In this document: one piece after another, positions 21,849 through 34,259 of the stretch
Position numbering within the stretch: position 1 is the stretch's first letter
Layout: each line of letters starts with the position of its first letter
Origin: an uncultured Methylomirabilota bacterium
GTDB taxonomy: Bacteria; Methylomirabilota; Methylomirabilia; Methylomirabilales; 2-02-FULL-66-22
Assembly: GCA_963845565.1 (NCBI GenBank)
Contig: CAWJSJ010000006.1
Coordinates: forward strand, 1-64,000
DNA: 64,000 bases
Reading direction: 5' to 3'
Made by a program: the position numbers and the translations under genes
The notes under the pieces: generated by a model
What the model saw: only the letters and a program-made list of their open reading frames with translations
What the model was told of the DNA's origin: nothing
Databases searched by the model: none

Positions 21849-23467
21849 ATGGCGGGAGTTCAGTTATCCGTGCTCACCGCGGTTGCCGCGGCCAGCCCCA
21901 TTGTGGTCGTCCTGGTGGCGATGGTCTGGCTGCGCTGGAGCGGGACCAAGGCGGGCCTGGCGGGTGCGCTCGTGGCCGCCGCGGTCGGGGTGATCCTGTT
22001 CGGCGCCAACTTGTCGGTGCTCGCCGTGGCGAGCTGGAAGGCCGTGATTCTTTCCGTTGACGTCCTGTACATCGTCTGGGCCGCCCTGATCCTGTACAAC
22101 ATCGCGGAGGAGTCCGGGGCGATCCGGAGCATCGGCGTGGGTGTCGCCAATCTGACCGAAGATCACGTCATGCAACTGCTCATCCTCGGATTCGCCTTCT
22201 CGTCGTTCCTGCAGGGGGTGGCGGGCTACGGCGTGCCGGTGGCGGTGGTCGCGCCGCTCCTGGTCGGTCTCGGATTCCCGCCCATGCAGGCCGCCGTGGT
22301 GCCGCTGGTGGGCCACGCCTGGGCCGTGACGATGGGGACGCTGTCGACATCGTTCCAGGCCCTGGTGACGGTGACGGGCTATTCCGGCCGGGTCCTGGGG
22401 CCGTGGACGGCGGGATTCCTGGGGATTGCCTGCCTGCTCTCCGGATTCGCCGTGGCGCACATCCATGCGGGATTTCGACCCATCCGCCGCTGTTTCGGGG
22501 CGATCCTGGTGCTCGGCCTGTCCATGGCGCTGGTCCAGTTCTGGCTGGTCTATTTCGAGTACTTTGTTCTGGCAAGCTTCGTGGCGGGCATGGTGGGTCT
22601 TGGGGTGAGCCTGATCGGGGCACGGCTTGCGCAGGTGGTGCCGGGAAGTTACTGGGGTTTGCTTCCGAACTGGCCGGCGCCTGGCGGCCGGCGGACGACA
22701 CATCGCGAGACCGCGCCCGGCGCAATGAATGCGCCCATGGGATTTCACCTCGCCTTCTCCGCCTACTATGCGGTGATCGTCATCGTGGTGGCCGCCACGC
22801 TGATTCCGGCGCTCGCTGCAGCGCTCGATGTGTGGCGCATTGCCGTCCCGTTCCCGCGCACGGTGACGAACCTGGGACTGGTGACGCACGCCTCCACGCA
22901 GAGCTTCAGCCTCCTCCGCCACCCCGGGACCTACCTGGTGTCCTCCGCAGTGGCGGCCTGGGTGATCTATCGAGTCGCGGGACACTTCACGCCTGGGGGA
23001 TTGCGCGGGGTGCTGCGGCGGACCGTCCGACAGGGTGTTCCGACCACCCAGGCGGTCCTCCTGATGGTCGTCATGGCCATGATCATGTCCTATACGGGGA
23101 TGACCCGCCTCCTGGCGCAGGGCTTCATCGCGGTGGCCGGCCGCGCGTTTCCGATCGTCAGCCCCTTCATCGGGGTGCTGGGCTGCTTCGTGACCGGCTC
23201 GAATACCAACGCCAATTTTCTCTTCGGGGCGCTGCAGCGCGATGTGGCGATCCTGCTCCGCGAGAACCCGGCGATCATGGCCGCCCTGCAGACCACGGGG
23301 GGCGGCGCTGGGGAGCATGATCGCCCCGGCGAAGGTCCTGGTCGTGTGTGCGACGGCAGGATTACAGGGGAAAGAGGGCGAGGTGATGCGGCGTCGCTAT
23401 GAAGTATTGCCTTCCGTTGACGCTCCTGATGGGTGTGCTGGGATGGCTCGCCATTCTCACGTGGTGA
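21849..23467 (+). CDS. lctP: L-lactate permease family (frameshifts near 23300 and 23395)
   Basis: FLQGVAGYGVPVA, GCFVTGSNTNANFLFG; C-terminus GSMIAPAKV...MKYCLPLTLLMGVLGWLAILTW* lies in shifted frames. Confidence 0.85.
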
Positions 23468-23488
23468 GGAGGGGAGCGTCGAATGCGG

Positions 23489-26400
23489 CTACGCGTGCGG
23501 TACTGCAGACACGGCGGGGGTGCGGCGCAGCAGGCGGGCCAGCCAGGCGCGCGGGGCAAAGTTTACGGCAATGTCGTCGAAGATCGAGTAGGCGACCGGC
23601 GTCGCCAGGAGCGTGAGCAGCAACGCCAGGGTCTGCCCGCCGGCGATCACCGATCCGATGGCCCGGTTATCGCCGGAGCCCGGCCCGCTGCTGATGAGGA
23701 GCGGCAGCATCCCGGCGACGAAGGCCAGGGTGGTCATCAGGATGGGGCGCAGCCGGTCGCGGTTGGCCTGGATGATGGCTTCCGCTCGCGGCATGCCCTC
23801 GGCCCGCAGGCCGATCATGTGGTCGATCTGCAGGATCGAATTCTTCTTCACGATCCCGAAGAGCACCAGCAGGCCCAGTGCCGACAGGATGTTCAGGGAC
23901 TGCTGGAAGATGAGGATGGAGAGCAGGGCGAACGGGACCGTGAGCGGCAGGGCCAGGAGGATCGTCACGGGGTGGAGCCAGGACTCGAACTGGGCCGCCA
24001 GGATGAGGTACATGAAGATGATGGACAGCAGGAAGGCCAGGCCGAAGTTCAACGCCGCGGTGCCCATCTCCTTCGACGTGCCGGTCGTCCCCACACGATA
24101 GGCCGGGTCGAGGTTCATGGCCTTGACTTCCTTCCAGAGCGCGTCCAGGGCGGACTGCTGATCGTAGCCGGTCTGCATGTTGGCGCTGATGGTCACCTGG
24201 CGGCGGCGACCGAGGCGGTCCACCTGCGAGGGGCCGTCCGTCTCCTGGAAGCGGGCCACGTTGTCCATGCTGACGGCGCCAAGCTTTTGCGAAGGAACCG
24301 CCATCTGGCTGATCCCGTCGGCGGTCGTGCGCCATTGCTGCACGGCCCGGGCATGGACCTCGTACTGCTCGCCGTTTTCGTTGTAGGTCGAGATCTTCCG
24401 TCCGCCGACCATCACGCGGAGCGTGTCGGCCACGTCCGCCACCTGCACGCCAAGCTCCGCGGCCTTCTTTCGATCCAGGTTCACCGCCAGCTCCGGCTTG
24501 CCGAGGATCAAGCTGGTGTCGATATCGACCACGCCCGGGACCTTCGCGAGCGCGTCCGCCAGCCGGCGCGAATATCCGGCGAGTGTCGTGAGATCCGGCC
24601 CGCTGATGAAGAACGCGATCTCCTTGTTCGCCATGCCGCCACCGGAAAAGGCAGCCACCTGGGAGACGCTGGTGCGCAATTTCTCGCCGACGAATTTCGG
24701 GAGGACCGCCTTGCGCACGTCGTCCATGATCTGGAATTGCGACCGGGCGCGCGTTCGCACGTCGATCAATTTCACGAAGACAGTGGCCAGGTTCGCCGTG
24801 CGGCGATCGTCGTTCCCGACCAGGACGACGGTGTACGCCACGCCCGGGGAGTCGCTTGATCTCCCGCCCGATCCTGGTGGCGGTCAGTTCGGTCTGCTCC
24901 AGCGTGGTGCCCTCGGGCGTCCGAACCGACACCTCGAACTGGGACTCGTCGTTCTTGGGCAAGAAGTCCTTGCCGACCGCCATGAAGAGCGGCACGATCG
25001 ATACCAACGCCACCACCGACGCGGTGACGATCACCCATCGGTGCGCCATGGACCAGCGGAGCAAGCGCTCGTAGCCGGCGTCCAGGATCCGGAAGAATCC
25101 CGAGTCCTTGGAGGAATGCGCGGCGCCCTTTTCCACCGAGAGCCACCGGCTGGACATCATGGGGGTGAGGGTAAAAGCGACGAGCAGGGAGACGAGAATG
25201 GAGAAGGCCATGGTCAAGCCGAAGGAATACATGAATCGGCCGACAATGCCTCCCATGAAGGCTACGGGCAAAAACACCGCGACGAGGGACAAGGTGGTCG
25301 CGAGAACCGCCAGGCCGATTTCGCGCGTGCCCTCGATGGCCGCATCGAACGCGGACAGGCCCTTCTCTTCCATGTGCCGGTAGATGTTCTCCAGGACGAC
25401 GATGGCGTCGTCGATCACGATGCCGACCGCGAGCGTCAGGGCGAGCAGGGTCAGGATGTTGAGCGTGAATCCCATGGCGTACATGAGGGCGAAGGTGCTC
25501 ACGATGGATGCCGGGATGGCGATCGGCCGCGATGAGCGTGGATCGCCAGTTGCGCAGGAACAGCAGGACGACCAGGGCGGCCAGGATCGCCCCGACGATC
25601 AGGTGCTCCTGGACCGTCTTGACCGAATCCTTGATGAAATCGGACTGATCCCGGACGATCGTCCAGCTTGTAGCCCGCGGGCAGTCGCGAGCGCATGGCG
25701 TTGAGCCGTTTCGTGACCTCGTCCACGACTGCGACCGTGTTCGTGCCCGACTGTCGCTGGACGGCCAGGATCACCGCGGCCTTGCCGTCCACGTTGCCGG
25801 CGGTCTCGGCCTCCTCGGTGCCGTCCTCCGCGCGGCCGACCTGGGCGAGGGCGATCTGGGCCCCGGCCCGCGTCGCGACCACGATCCCGTCGAACTCCGG
25901 CACGCTGTTCACCCGCCCCTTCATCCGGACGGTCAATTCCCGTGCGCCCTGGCCGAGGTTTCCCCCGGGAAGCTGAAGGTTCTGGTTGGCGACCGCTCGG
26001 GTGACCTCGGCGGCGGTGAGGGTATAGGCGCGGAGGCGGGTAGGATCGAGCCAGAGGTTGACCTGCCGCAGCTGCGACCCGACCAGGGTGACCTGACCGA
26101 CGCCCGAGATGGATTCGATCTCGCGCCGGAGGGTCTTGTCTGCGAATTCGCTGATGTCCCGGGTGGAGCGATCGGCCGACACCGACACGAAGAGCACGGG
26201 AGCCGCGTCAGGGTCGAGCTTGTCCACCACCGGTTGATCGATATCCTGGGGGAGGTCGGGCAGGATCTGGTTGACCTTGTCCCGCACCTCCTGCGCGGCC
26301 ACATCGACGCTCTTCTCCAGCTTGAACTGGATGAAGACCTGCGAGACCCCCTCCGTGGACACCGAGCGGAGCTCTTCGATGCCCGAAATGGTGTTGACGG

Positions 26401-26611
26401 CGCGCTCGACCTTGTCGGTGATCTCGGTTTCGATCTCTTCCGGGGCGGCGCCGGACTGCCGCGTCGTGACCGTGATGACCGGGAAATCCACCTTGGGGAA
26501 CAGATCCACGCCCAGCTGGAAGTAGGCAAAGACTCCGACGACCGCCAGGGAGAGGACGAGGACGGACGCGAAGACGGGGCGCTTGACGGAGATTTCTGCC
26601 AGCCACTGCAT
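23489..26611 (-). CDS. RND efflux permease (AcrB family) broken by about 3 frameshifts (~25660, ~25520, ~24850)
   Basis: [40 protein letters not shown] distributed over consecutive frames. Confidence 0.9.
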
Positions 26612-26613
26612 GA

Positions 26614-27831
26614 CTATTTCGCCTCCTGGGTCGCGATCGGGACCCCGTCGGCAAGGCCGGCGGCTTGCGGGCTGACCACGCGCTCACCGGCGCCGAGGCC
26701 GCGCAATATCTCAACGGCCCCAGCCACTTCCCGGCCAATCTGGACGATCCGCGCCTCCGCCCGGTCATTCTTGGCGACGAAGAGCTTGGAGACGCCGCTT
26801 TCGTTCTTCACGGCGGCGGCCGGAATCATGACGCTCGGACGGACAGCCGGGAGCTCGATGCGGGCGGTGGCGAACAGCCCGGGCTGGAGGAGCGCCTTCG
26901 GGTTCGGGACGATGGCCTCCACGACCAGTGCGCGCGACTCGGCGCGCACGGCCGGGCCAACGTAGGCGATGTCCCCCTCGAACTTCCGGTCGGGATAACT
27001 CTGAACAGAGAAGGCCACGCGTTGTCCCTTGCGGACCGCCGCGACCGCACCTTCGGGAATCGTGAGCTCGATACGGAGGGGATCCACCCGCACGATGGTG
27101 GCGATACGGTCTCCCTTCTTTGTGAATCGACCTACGTTCACAGCCTTTTCTGCGATCAGGCCGCTGAAGGGGGCGCGGATGATCGTATCCTCCAGCGCCT
27201 TCCGCCCCATGGAGACCCGGACCTTCTGGGCCAGCAGGGATTGAAAGAGCTGTCGCATCTGGTTGATCGTGGTCTCGTACTGGGCCTTGGTGGCCAGATA
27301 ATCGGCGCGGCGGAGGTCATGCTCGGAACGAGAGATCGCCCCTTCCTCGAGGAGCTGGGCAAAGCGCTTGTAGTCTGCCTCGGCACGCTCCATAGTCGCC
27401 CGGGCCTGCTGTACCTCTGGCGTCTTGAGGGGGTCAAAGATCTGCCCATTCACCAGGCCGAGTCGTTCTCGGATCTGGGCTTCGGTGGCCTCGGCCTCTT
27501 GGAGCAGGTTCTTGGCGTCCTGATCGTCCATGCGCGCCACTACCTGCCCGGCGGTGACGTACTGCCCGCGCTCGACCGAGATCTCCACGACCCGCTGCTC
27601 GATCTCGGAGGCAATATCGGTCTGTGCGTCGGCCATCAGCGTGCCCGTGACGTCCAGGGCCGTCGGTAAGGCTCGCTCCTGTGCCGTGACCAGAGAAACG
27701 GCGATGGGTTTCGGCGGCTCCTCGGCCTGGGCCGGGAGCTTGGCCTCAGTATTCCCGCAACCGGTCATCAGCAGGAGCGCCAGCGGGGCCAGGCCCAGCC
27801 ATGGGCGAAAAGTGTTCCGGAAAGCGTTCAT
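26614..27831 (-). CDS. RND periplasmic adaptor (lipoprotein MFP)
   Basis: Lipobox MTGC, VERGQYV.AGQ, IRAPFSG, LQPGLFA. Confidence 0.92.
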   Translation of the reverse strand: MNAFRNTFRPWLGLAPLALLLMTGCGNTEAKLPAQAEEPPKPIAVSLVTAQERALPTALDVTGTLMADAQTDIASEIEQRVVEISVERGQYVTAGQVVARMDDQDAKNLLQEAEATEAQIRERLGLVNGQIFDPLKTPEVQQARATMERAEADYKRFAQLLEEGAISRSEHDLRRADYLATKAQYETTINQMRQLFQSLLAQKVRVSMGRKALEDTIIRAPFSGLIAEKAVNVGRFTKKGDRIATIVRVDPLRIELTIPEGAVAAVRKGQRVAFSVQSYPDRKFEGDIAYVGPAVRAESRALVVEAIVPNPKALLQPGLFATARIELPAVRPSVMIPAAAVKNESGVSKLFVAKNDRAEARIVQIGREVAGAVEILRGLGAGERVVSPQAAGLADGVPIATQEAK

Positions 27832-28073
27832 CGGGTTGACTCCTGCGCGACAGGTTCCTTGCTTATGTGCAGTTTGCAAATGCGATCGTCCAGGCGTGAA
27901 CAGAAATCGACCAGGGCTGGGGTGGGGATCCGGAGCAGGGCCTCGGTTTCTTCGCGCGTCAGTTCGACCCCGATGCGCAAGCTGGCCGCCGCGGGACTTC
28001 GAAAGAACTCCTCACGAAAGTCCTGATCCGTTACCAGCTTTCCCACCATTCGCTCGACGCCTCGTTGGCTCAC
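27828..28073 (-). CDS. Small NHLP-clan (Os1348/Franean1_4349-like) protein, 81 aa
   Basis: MSQRGVERMVGKLVTDQDFREEF..P..A....G.ELT.EE leader-like pattern; stop overlaps the MFP ATG; GAGG RBS. Confidence 0.65.
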   Translation of the reverse strand: MSQRGVERMVGKLVTDQDFREEFFRSPAAASLRIGVELTREETEALLRIPTPALVDFCSRLDDRICKLHISKEPVAQESTR

Positions 28074-28139
28074 GATCCCACCTCGCCGCAGTAGGTGCCC
28101 CATGTTTTGCCTTGCGCCGCGTTTTCATGATTGGTCTTG

Positions 28140-28156
28140 TGCACGCAGTGAGCCAA
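28140..28156 (-). promoter_or_regulatory. Putative sigma54 (-24/-12) promoter
   Basis: Minus strand TTGGCTCACTGCGTGCA = GG-N10-GC; IHF-like TTTCAATGGGTTA at 28172-28184. Confidence 0.65.
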
Positions 28157-28353
28157 GACTTACTTGAATGTTAACCCATTGAAAATGAAGGATTACACTT
28201 GATCCTTCTGTTGACGGTTTCTTGGTTGTGTAGGCCTGTGGTCATTCGGGTGTCTATTTTTAGCCAGAGTGATCATAAATCGACAGGTCACAGGCTAAGG
28301 AACTCTCGGAACGGTGTACTCCACCACCACGCGGCTCGCACAGGGGAATCCTG

Positions 28354-28382
28354 TTGACAATCGTCGGCCACGTCCTTACCGT
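28354..28382 (+). promoter_or_regulatory. Putative sigma70 promoter of the kinase gene
   Basis: TTGACA-17-TACCGT. Confidence 0.5.
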
Positions 28383-28584
28383 GCTCGACACTGAAACATC
28401 AAGACGGCAGCCGGCATGGTCCGGGCCGATTGATTGTTTCGAGCGGGCGCTTTTCTGATGCGGAATCGTCCCGGGCGTTTCGGCAGGTCCCTTTCCGCGA
28501 CGGCGGTCACTGCGCGCGCTCGGCGGCCCCGGTCTTGCAAACAAGGAATGGATTCGAGGTTGGTCCGACGGGTGAGAGCAAGGC

Positions 28585-31500
28585 ATGCCTACGCCACGCA
28601 AACGAGAAGTTTCCGCGGAGAACGCGGCGCTTCGCATCGAGCTGTCAGATCTGAGGCAACGCCTCGCCGCCGAGGAAAAGGCTGGCGCCGTCCAGGCGGA
28701 CCACGCGCGCCAGCTCGCTGCCGTCCGGTCCCTCAGTCAAGAGATTGCCACGGAGCTGGATCTCCAGGCCCTGCTCTCGTTTATTGTGCACCGGATCACC
28801 GAGTTAGTCGAAGGCGGGAATGGGACGATCTGGCTCTATGAGGATACCTCGCGCTCCTTGGTGCTCCAGACGCCGATCAAACACGAGGACCCGGGCCAAC
28901 GCTCCGAATCGGTCAGGGCGTGGCCGGCGTTGTGGCGGAACGTCGCGAAGGCTTGATCGTCAACGACTACCGAGCGTGGCCGCAGGCGCGTCCGGAGATC
29001 GTGGCGCGCACAAAGGTCACTGCAGTGATCGCCGAGCCCCTTCTGTACCGGGACCGGGTGATCGGTGTCCTGTCCATTGATAACGAGGAGACCGGCCGTG
29101 TCTTCGGCACCCGAGATCAAGACATCCTCCGGCTCTTCGCGCCGCAAGCCGCTATTGCCATCGAAAACGCTCGGCTGCACACGGCGGCGCGTCGTCGCGG
29201 GAAGAACTGGCGGCGCTCTTGCGGTCCAGCCGGATCGTCTTGGGTGACCTGGACCTCCGGCAGAGTCTGAATCAGATCGTCGCCGAGGCGGCCCAGATCG
29301 CCCGGACTCCGCATGTGAAGATCCTCCTTGTGGATGAGGCCAAGGGGGCCTTGGTGACGGCAGCCGCCTCCGGCGAGCCCGTGCCACCAGGTTTCCAGGT
29401 GCCCCTCGGCCAAAGCTACTCGGGCACCGTGGCGGCCACAAGGAAGCCGCTCTTCATCGCCGACACCCAGAACGATCCCCGGAACCTCCTCCGCGAACGG
29501 GACCGCAGCGCAGGCATCCGGACGTTTCTGGGCCTTCCCATCGCCAACCGCGACACGGTCCTCGGGGTGCTCACCTTGAACACCGAGTCGCCGCGGGTGT
29601 ACGACGAAGACGATCTTGCCTACCTGGATTCCTTCGCGGGCATGGCCGCCATCGCCATCGAGAACGCGCGGCTGTACGAGGCGGCCCGGGCCGAGCTGGC
29701 GGACCGTCAGCGAGCAGATGCCGCCCTGATGGTGCGTACGCGGGAGCTGGAGGCCATCCGCGCCTTGAGCGTCGAGATTACGCGCGAGCTCGATCTGTCC
29801 CGGTTGCTGGCACTCCTGATCGAGCGGCTGGGTGAGCTCATCGGCGGTGGAGTAGCCTCGATCCATCTGTGGGACGCGCAGGCGCAATGCCTGAACGCGC
29901 GCGTGTCGAAGGCTGCCGATCCCTGGCGCCGGCAGCTCTTCATGCGCCTGGGCGAGGGCGTATCGGGGACGGTCGCGCTGCGGCGGGAAGGATTGATCGT
30001 CAATGACTTTCGATCGTCGGCCTACTTCACCCCGTTTCACGCGCAGCATAGCCGCCACACGGCGGTGATGGCGGAACCGCTGGTGTACCGAGATCGGCTG
30101 CTCGGCGTCATCACCCTGGACAACGAGGGAAGCGACCGACGATTCACCGAGGAGGACCAGCGGGTCTTGCGACTGTTTGCGGACCACGCCGCCATCGCCA
30201 TCGAGAACGCGCGGCTCTTCCAGCAGGAGCAGCAGCGCCGGGAGCAGTTGAAGGCCCTCCAGGCGGTCAGCGAGGAGATCACCCGTGAGCTCGACACGTC
30301 GCGGTTACTGACGCTGCTTGCCGGGCGCGTGCTGGAGCTGCTGGGCGGCTCGTCGGGTGCGATCTGGCTGTGGGACGAGCCGGCGGGCGTCCTCCGGACG
30401 GCCGTCTGGCATGGGTTGGGGGACTGGATGCGCGGCCGGACGCTGCGCCTGAGCGAAGGGATACCGGGGACGGTCGCCGCCGCACGACGGGGGGAGATAT
30501 TCAATGAATACCGCGCCACCCCACAGGCTCATCCGTTGGTGCTGGCGAACACCGATATCACGGCCATCGTGGCCGAACCGCTCCTCTATCGTGAGCGGCT
30601 CGTCGGGGTGATCGTCGTCAACAACAGCGCTGCGACGGCACGGCGCTTCACGCCGGACGACCAGGACCTCCTCCGACTGTTCGCCGCGCAAGCCGCAATC
30701 GCCATCGAGAATGCGCGGCTCTTCGAGGAGCTGCGGCAGTCCTTGACCCGGCTGGAGCAGACCCAGGAGGAGATGGTCCGCTCGGAGAAGCTCCGCGCCC
30801 TCGGCCAGATGAGTGCGGGGATCGCCCACGACCTCAATAATATGCTGGCGACGATCCTGGGGCAGGCCGAGCTCCTGCGGCTTCGGATGCCCGACCCAGT
30901 CATTCGCGAGTCCCTCGTCACGCTGGAGACGGCCGCCACCGACGGCGCGCACGTCGTCCGCCGCCTGCAGGATTTCGCCCGGCAGCGTGGGTACCCGTCG
31001 CTCGCCCCGGTCGACCTCGCCTCGGTGGTGGCCGAGGCGGTGGAGATCACCCGACCCCGGTGGCAGGACGAGGCGCAGCGTCGTGGTGCGTCCATTCGGA
31101 TGGACGTCGCCCTGAGCGCGCCCCTGCCGGTGCTGGGGTACGCGCCCGAGATCCGCGAGGCGCTGACGAACCTGATCTTCAACGCCGTGGACGCCATGCC
31201 GAACGGGGGCACGCTTCGGATGGCCGGTCACGTTGTCGAGTCGCCAGGGAGTCCGTCCCTTGATTGGTTCAGACGTGAGGCCGCGGGAAGCGGGCCGCCT
31301 CCCGCTCAATCGACCCTTCGACCGATCGACCCATCGGCTCGGTTGGTCGAACTTACGGTCAGCGATACCGGGATCGGGATGGCGGAGGATGTCCGACGGC
31401 GGGTGTTCGACCCGTTCTTCACGACCAAAGGGACCGGTGGCACCGGTCTGGGTCTCTCGGTCGTGTACGGGATCATGGAAAGACACGGGGGCCGGATCGA

Positions 31501-32005
31501 GGTCGAATCCACGCAGGGCCGCGGCACCACGTTCACCCTCCGATTTCAGTCGTCAGCCGCGGTCGATGCGCCGTCCAAGGCGTCAGGTGTTGGCGAGGTC
31601 GTCTCCGTGCGGCGACTCCTCGTCATTGACGACGAAGACGCCGTCCGGGAGACACTGGTGCAACTCCTTCTGACCTCGGGGCACCAGGTTCTCGAGGCGC
31701 CATCGGGGGCCGTGGGTCTCCAGATCCTCGATCAGGCGCCTGTGGACTGCGTCCTCACCGATCTGGGCATGCCCGAGATGGTCGGGTGGGAGGTGGCCCG
31801 GCGGGTCAAGGCCCGGAGGCCGGACCTCCCGGTGGTGCTTCTGACCGGCTGGGGAGAGCAGGTGGCCGGCGGGGCTGGAGCCGAGGACGACTCGATGGTG
31901 GACCGTATCGTGGGGAAACCGGTTCGCCTGGACGAGCTACTCAGAGTGATCGCGGTTCTGACGTCGACGCCGGTAAGGGCGCCAATCCCGAACGGTCCCG
32001 CCTGA
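28585..32005 (+). CDS. Cytoplasmic hybrid histidine kinase, 4xGAF-HisKA-HATPase-REC (frameshifts ~28870-28920 and ~29200)
   Basis: Four AIAIENARL GAF ends, GIAHDLNN, NAVDAM, DTGIG, FFTTK, GLGLS, TDLGMP receiver. Confidence 0.9.
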
Positions 32006-32024
32006 CCGCCTGCCTCGGCACAGG

Positions 32025-34193
32025 TCAGTCTTCCAGGCCGTGTCGTTTCAGGCGGGTGTACAGTTGCGAACGGGTGAGTCCGAGCAAGACGGCTGCTTTA
32101 GATTTGTTCCCCTTGGACTCCCGTAACGCGTCCTGCACTGCCTGTTGTTCAATCTCCGCCAGCGGACGGGCGGGTGCGGCATCCGCCGCGGGGATCGGCT
32201 GGGTGCGCGGCGAGATCTCGCCGTGTGGGATCGCCTGGCCGATCCCGAGCTGAGCCGCGGTGAGTAGCCCCCCGTCCGAGACGATGAGTGCCCGCTCGAC
32301 GGCGTTCTGCAGTTCCCGGATATTGCCCGGCCAGGTGTGGCGCAACAGGGCCTCACGCGCGTCCCGGCTGAGGCCCACGTCCCCTTTCGCCATGCGGGCC
32401 CCCAAGTCGGAGACGAACCGGTCGGCCAGCAAGAGGACATCGTCCCCCCGATCCCGAAGCGCGGGCAGGTGGATGGCGAAGACGTTCAACCGATAATAGA
32501 GATCGTCTCGGAACCGCCCGCCCGCCACCTCCCTGGTGAGATCCCGGTTGGTGGCGGCGATGAGCCGCACGTCGGCCCGCAGCGTGGCGGTCCCGCCCAC
32601 ACGCTGGAACTCTCGCTCTTGGAGCACCCGGAGGAGCTTCGCCTGGACGCCGGGAGAGAGTTCACCGACTTCGTCCAGGAACAGAGTGCCCCCCGACGCG
32701 AGCTCGAAACGTCCCGGCTTCTGCCGGTCCGCCCCGGTGAAAGCCCCCCGTTCGTGTCCGAACAGTTCGGATTCCATCAGGGTATCCGGCAAGGCGGCAC
32801 AGTTGATCGCCACGAACGGGCCGTCGGCCCGCCCACTGGCGTGATGGACGGCGCGGGCCACCATCTCCTTACCGGTGCCGCTCTCGCCCGTCAGGAGGAC
32901 CGTCGCCTCCGTCGGGGCGACCTTGGCCGCGCGGGTCAGGACCTCGCGAAGACTCGCGGAGCGGCCGATGATGCGATCAAAACCGTACCGCTCCCCGAGC
33001 TGGTCGCGGAGAGACTCCAGCCGCCGCTCCAATTTCTTGGCGTGCACTTCGACGGAGGCCAAGCGTCGCTGCTCCTCAGCGAGTCGTTGATGCTGGACGG
33101 CCAGCACCACCTGCGCCGAGACCGCAACGGCCACCTCGGCGTCCAGCCGGTCGAACCAGTGCGGACGCCGCTTCCCGAAGTACAGCCCGCCGCCGACCCG
33201 CTCTCCGAATTTCATCGGGACGATGAGGCACGAGCGCCCGCCACCTTCAATGATCAGCCGATCCCCGGGCCGTGCCGGATCGAGTTCCGTGGGGGCGTCG
33301 TGGATCAGCGCTGTCTCGCCGGCCTCGACGCGAGCCGCAAACGAGAAATCCTCCAGGGGGATCCGAGAGGGTGTCTCGGGACCGCCCGGCACATCATCGA
33401 GTTCCGCCAACATCTCCAGGTCGCGTCCGCTGGCGGTCAGCAGCGCTACTCCCATGATCTCGAAGTCCAGCACCGGGCGGATGGCATCGGCCAAGAGCGC
33501 GAACACCTCGCGGACGTTCAGACCGGCTCCCAACGCATGTGCGAGGCCCTCCAGCGCGCGGAGGCGCCGCCGTCGCCGTCGCTCGCGCTGGAGCAATACC
33601 ACGTTCTCGATGAACGGGGCAATCAGGTCGGCGACCTGCCGGAAGATGGCGAGGTGCTGGTCGGTGTACGCCTGAACGGCCTGGGTGGTGACGACCAGCG
33701 CGCCGATTACCCGTCCACCGCTTTCCAGGGGAGCCAGCAGGCCGGAACGGAGACCGGTGTCCACGAGCTTCCGCTCGTACGGGTTCAGGTCGGCGAAGCG
33801 CGGATCCGCGGTGAAGTCGTCCACCCGCATCGCTTCACCGGCAAACACGGTGCGCAGGACCCACTCGGCGACGACGTAGCGGGTCCCGGGGTCGAAGGCA
33901 GTGGTGTAATGGTCCGCGTGGAGCAGCAGCTCCGGTGCGGCGTGCTCCGCAAGCACGGAAAAGGTCCGGCCGTTCTCGTCCAGATAATCCACCACGAGGC
34001 GGTGGTGGGGGACCTGGCGCTGCAGGCAGTCGGAGAGCTGGTCGAGAAAGCGCCGGGGTTCGAACTCCTCCTGCACGGAACGCCCGATCGCCACCAGCGA
34101 AGCCAGCAGGTCGGCCAGCAACGTGTTGGTGGAGCCCGCCACGGCGTTGGCGTCAGGTGGAGTGCGGTCGGGTCGATGGTGTGAATGCGTCAT
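32025..34193 (-). CDS. Sigma54-dependent Fis-family activator with two GAF domains
   Basis: [32 protein letters not shown]-terminal HTH. Confidence 0.95.
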   Translation of the reverse strand: MTHSHHRPDRTPPDANAVAGSTNTLLADLLASLVAIGRSVQEEFEPRRFLDQLSDCLQRQVPHHRLVVDYLDENGRTFSVLAEHAAPELLLHADHYTTAFDPGTRYVVAEWVLRTVFAGEAMRVDDFTADPRFADLNPYERKLVDTGLRSGLLAPLESGGRVIGALVVTTQAVQAYTDQHLAIFRQVADLIAPFIENVVLLQRERRRRRRLRALEGLAHALGAGLNVREVFALLADAIRPVLDFEIMGVALLTASGRDLEMLAELDDVPGGPETPSRIPLEDFSFAARVEAGETALIHDAPTELDPARPGDRLIIEGGGRSCLIVPMKFGERVGGGLYFGKRRPHWFDRLDAEVAVAVSAQVVLAVQHQRLAEEQRRLASVEVHAKKLERRLESLRDQLGERYGFDRIIGRSASLREVLTRAAKVAPTEATVLLTGESGTGKEMVARAVHHASGRADGPFVAINCAALPDTLMESELFGHERGAFTGADRQKPGRFELASGGTLFLDEVGELSPGVQAKLLRVLQEREFQRVGGTATLRADVRLIAATNRDLTREVAGGRFRDDLYYRLNVFAIHLPALRDRGDDVLLLADRFVSDLGARMAKGDVGLSRDAREALLRHTWPGNIRELQNAVERALIVSDGGLLTAAQLGIGQAIPHGEISPRTQPIPAADAAPARPLAEIEQQAVQDALRESKGNKSKAAVLLGLTRSQLYTRLKRHGLED

Positions 34194-34259
34194 GGCCCTT
34201 GGGATGCGTCGTTCGGTGGCGCCAGGATGATGTCGGCAGGCCGGATCGTGGCGCCGCGC

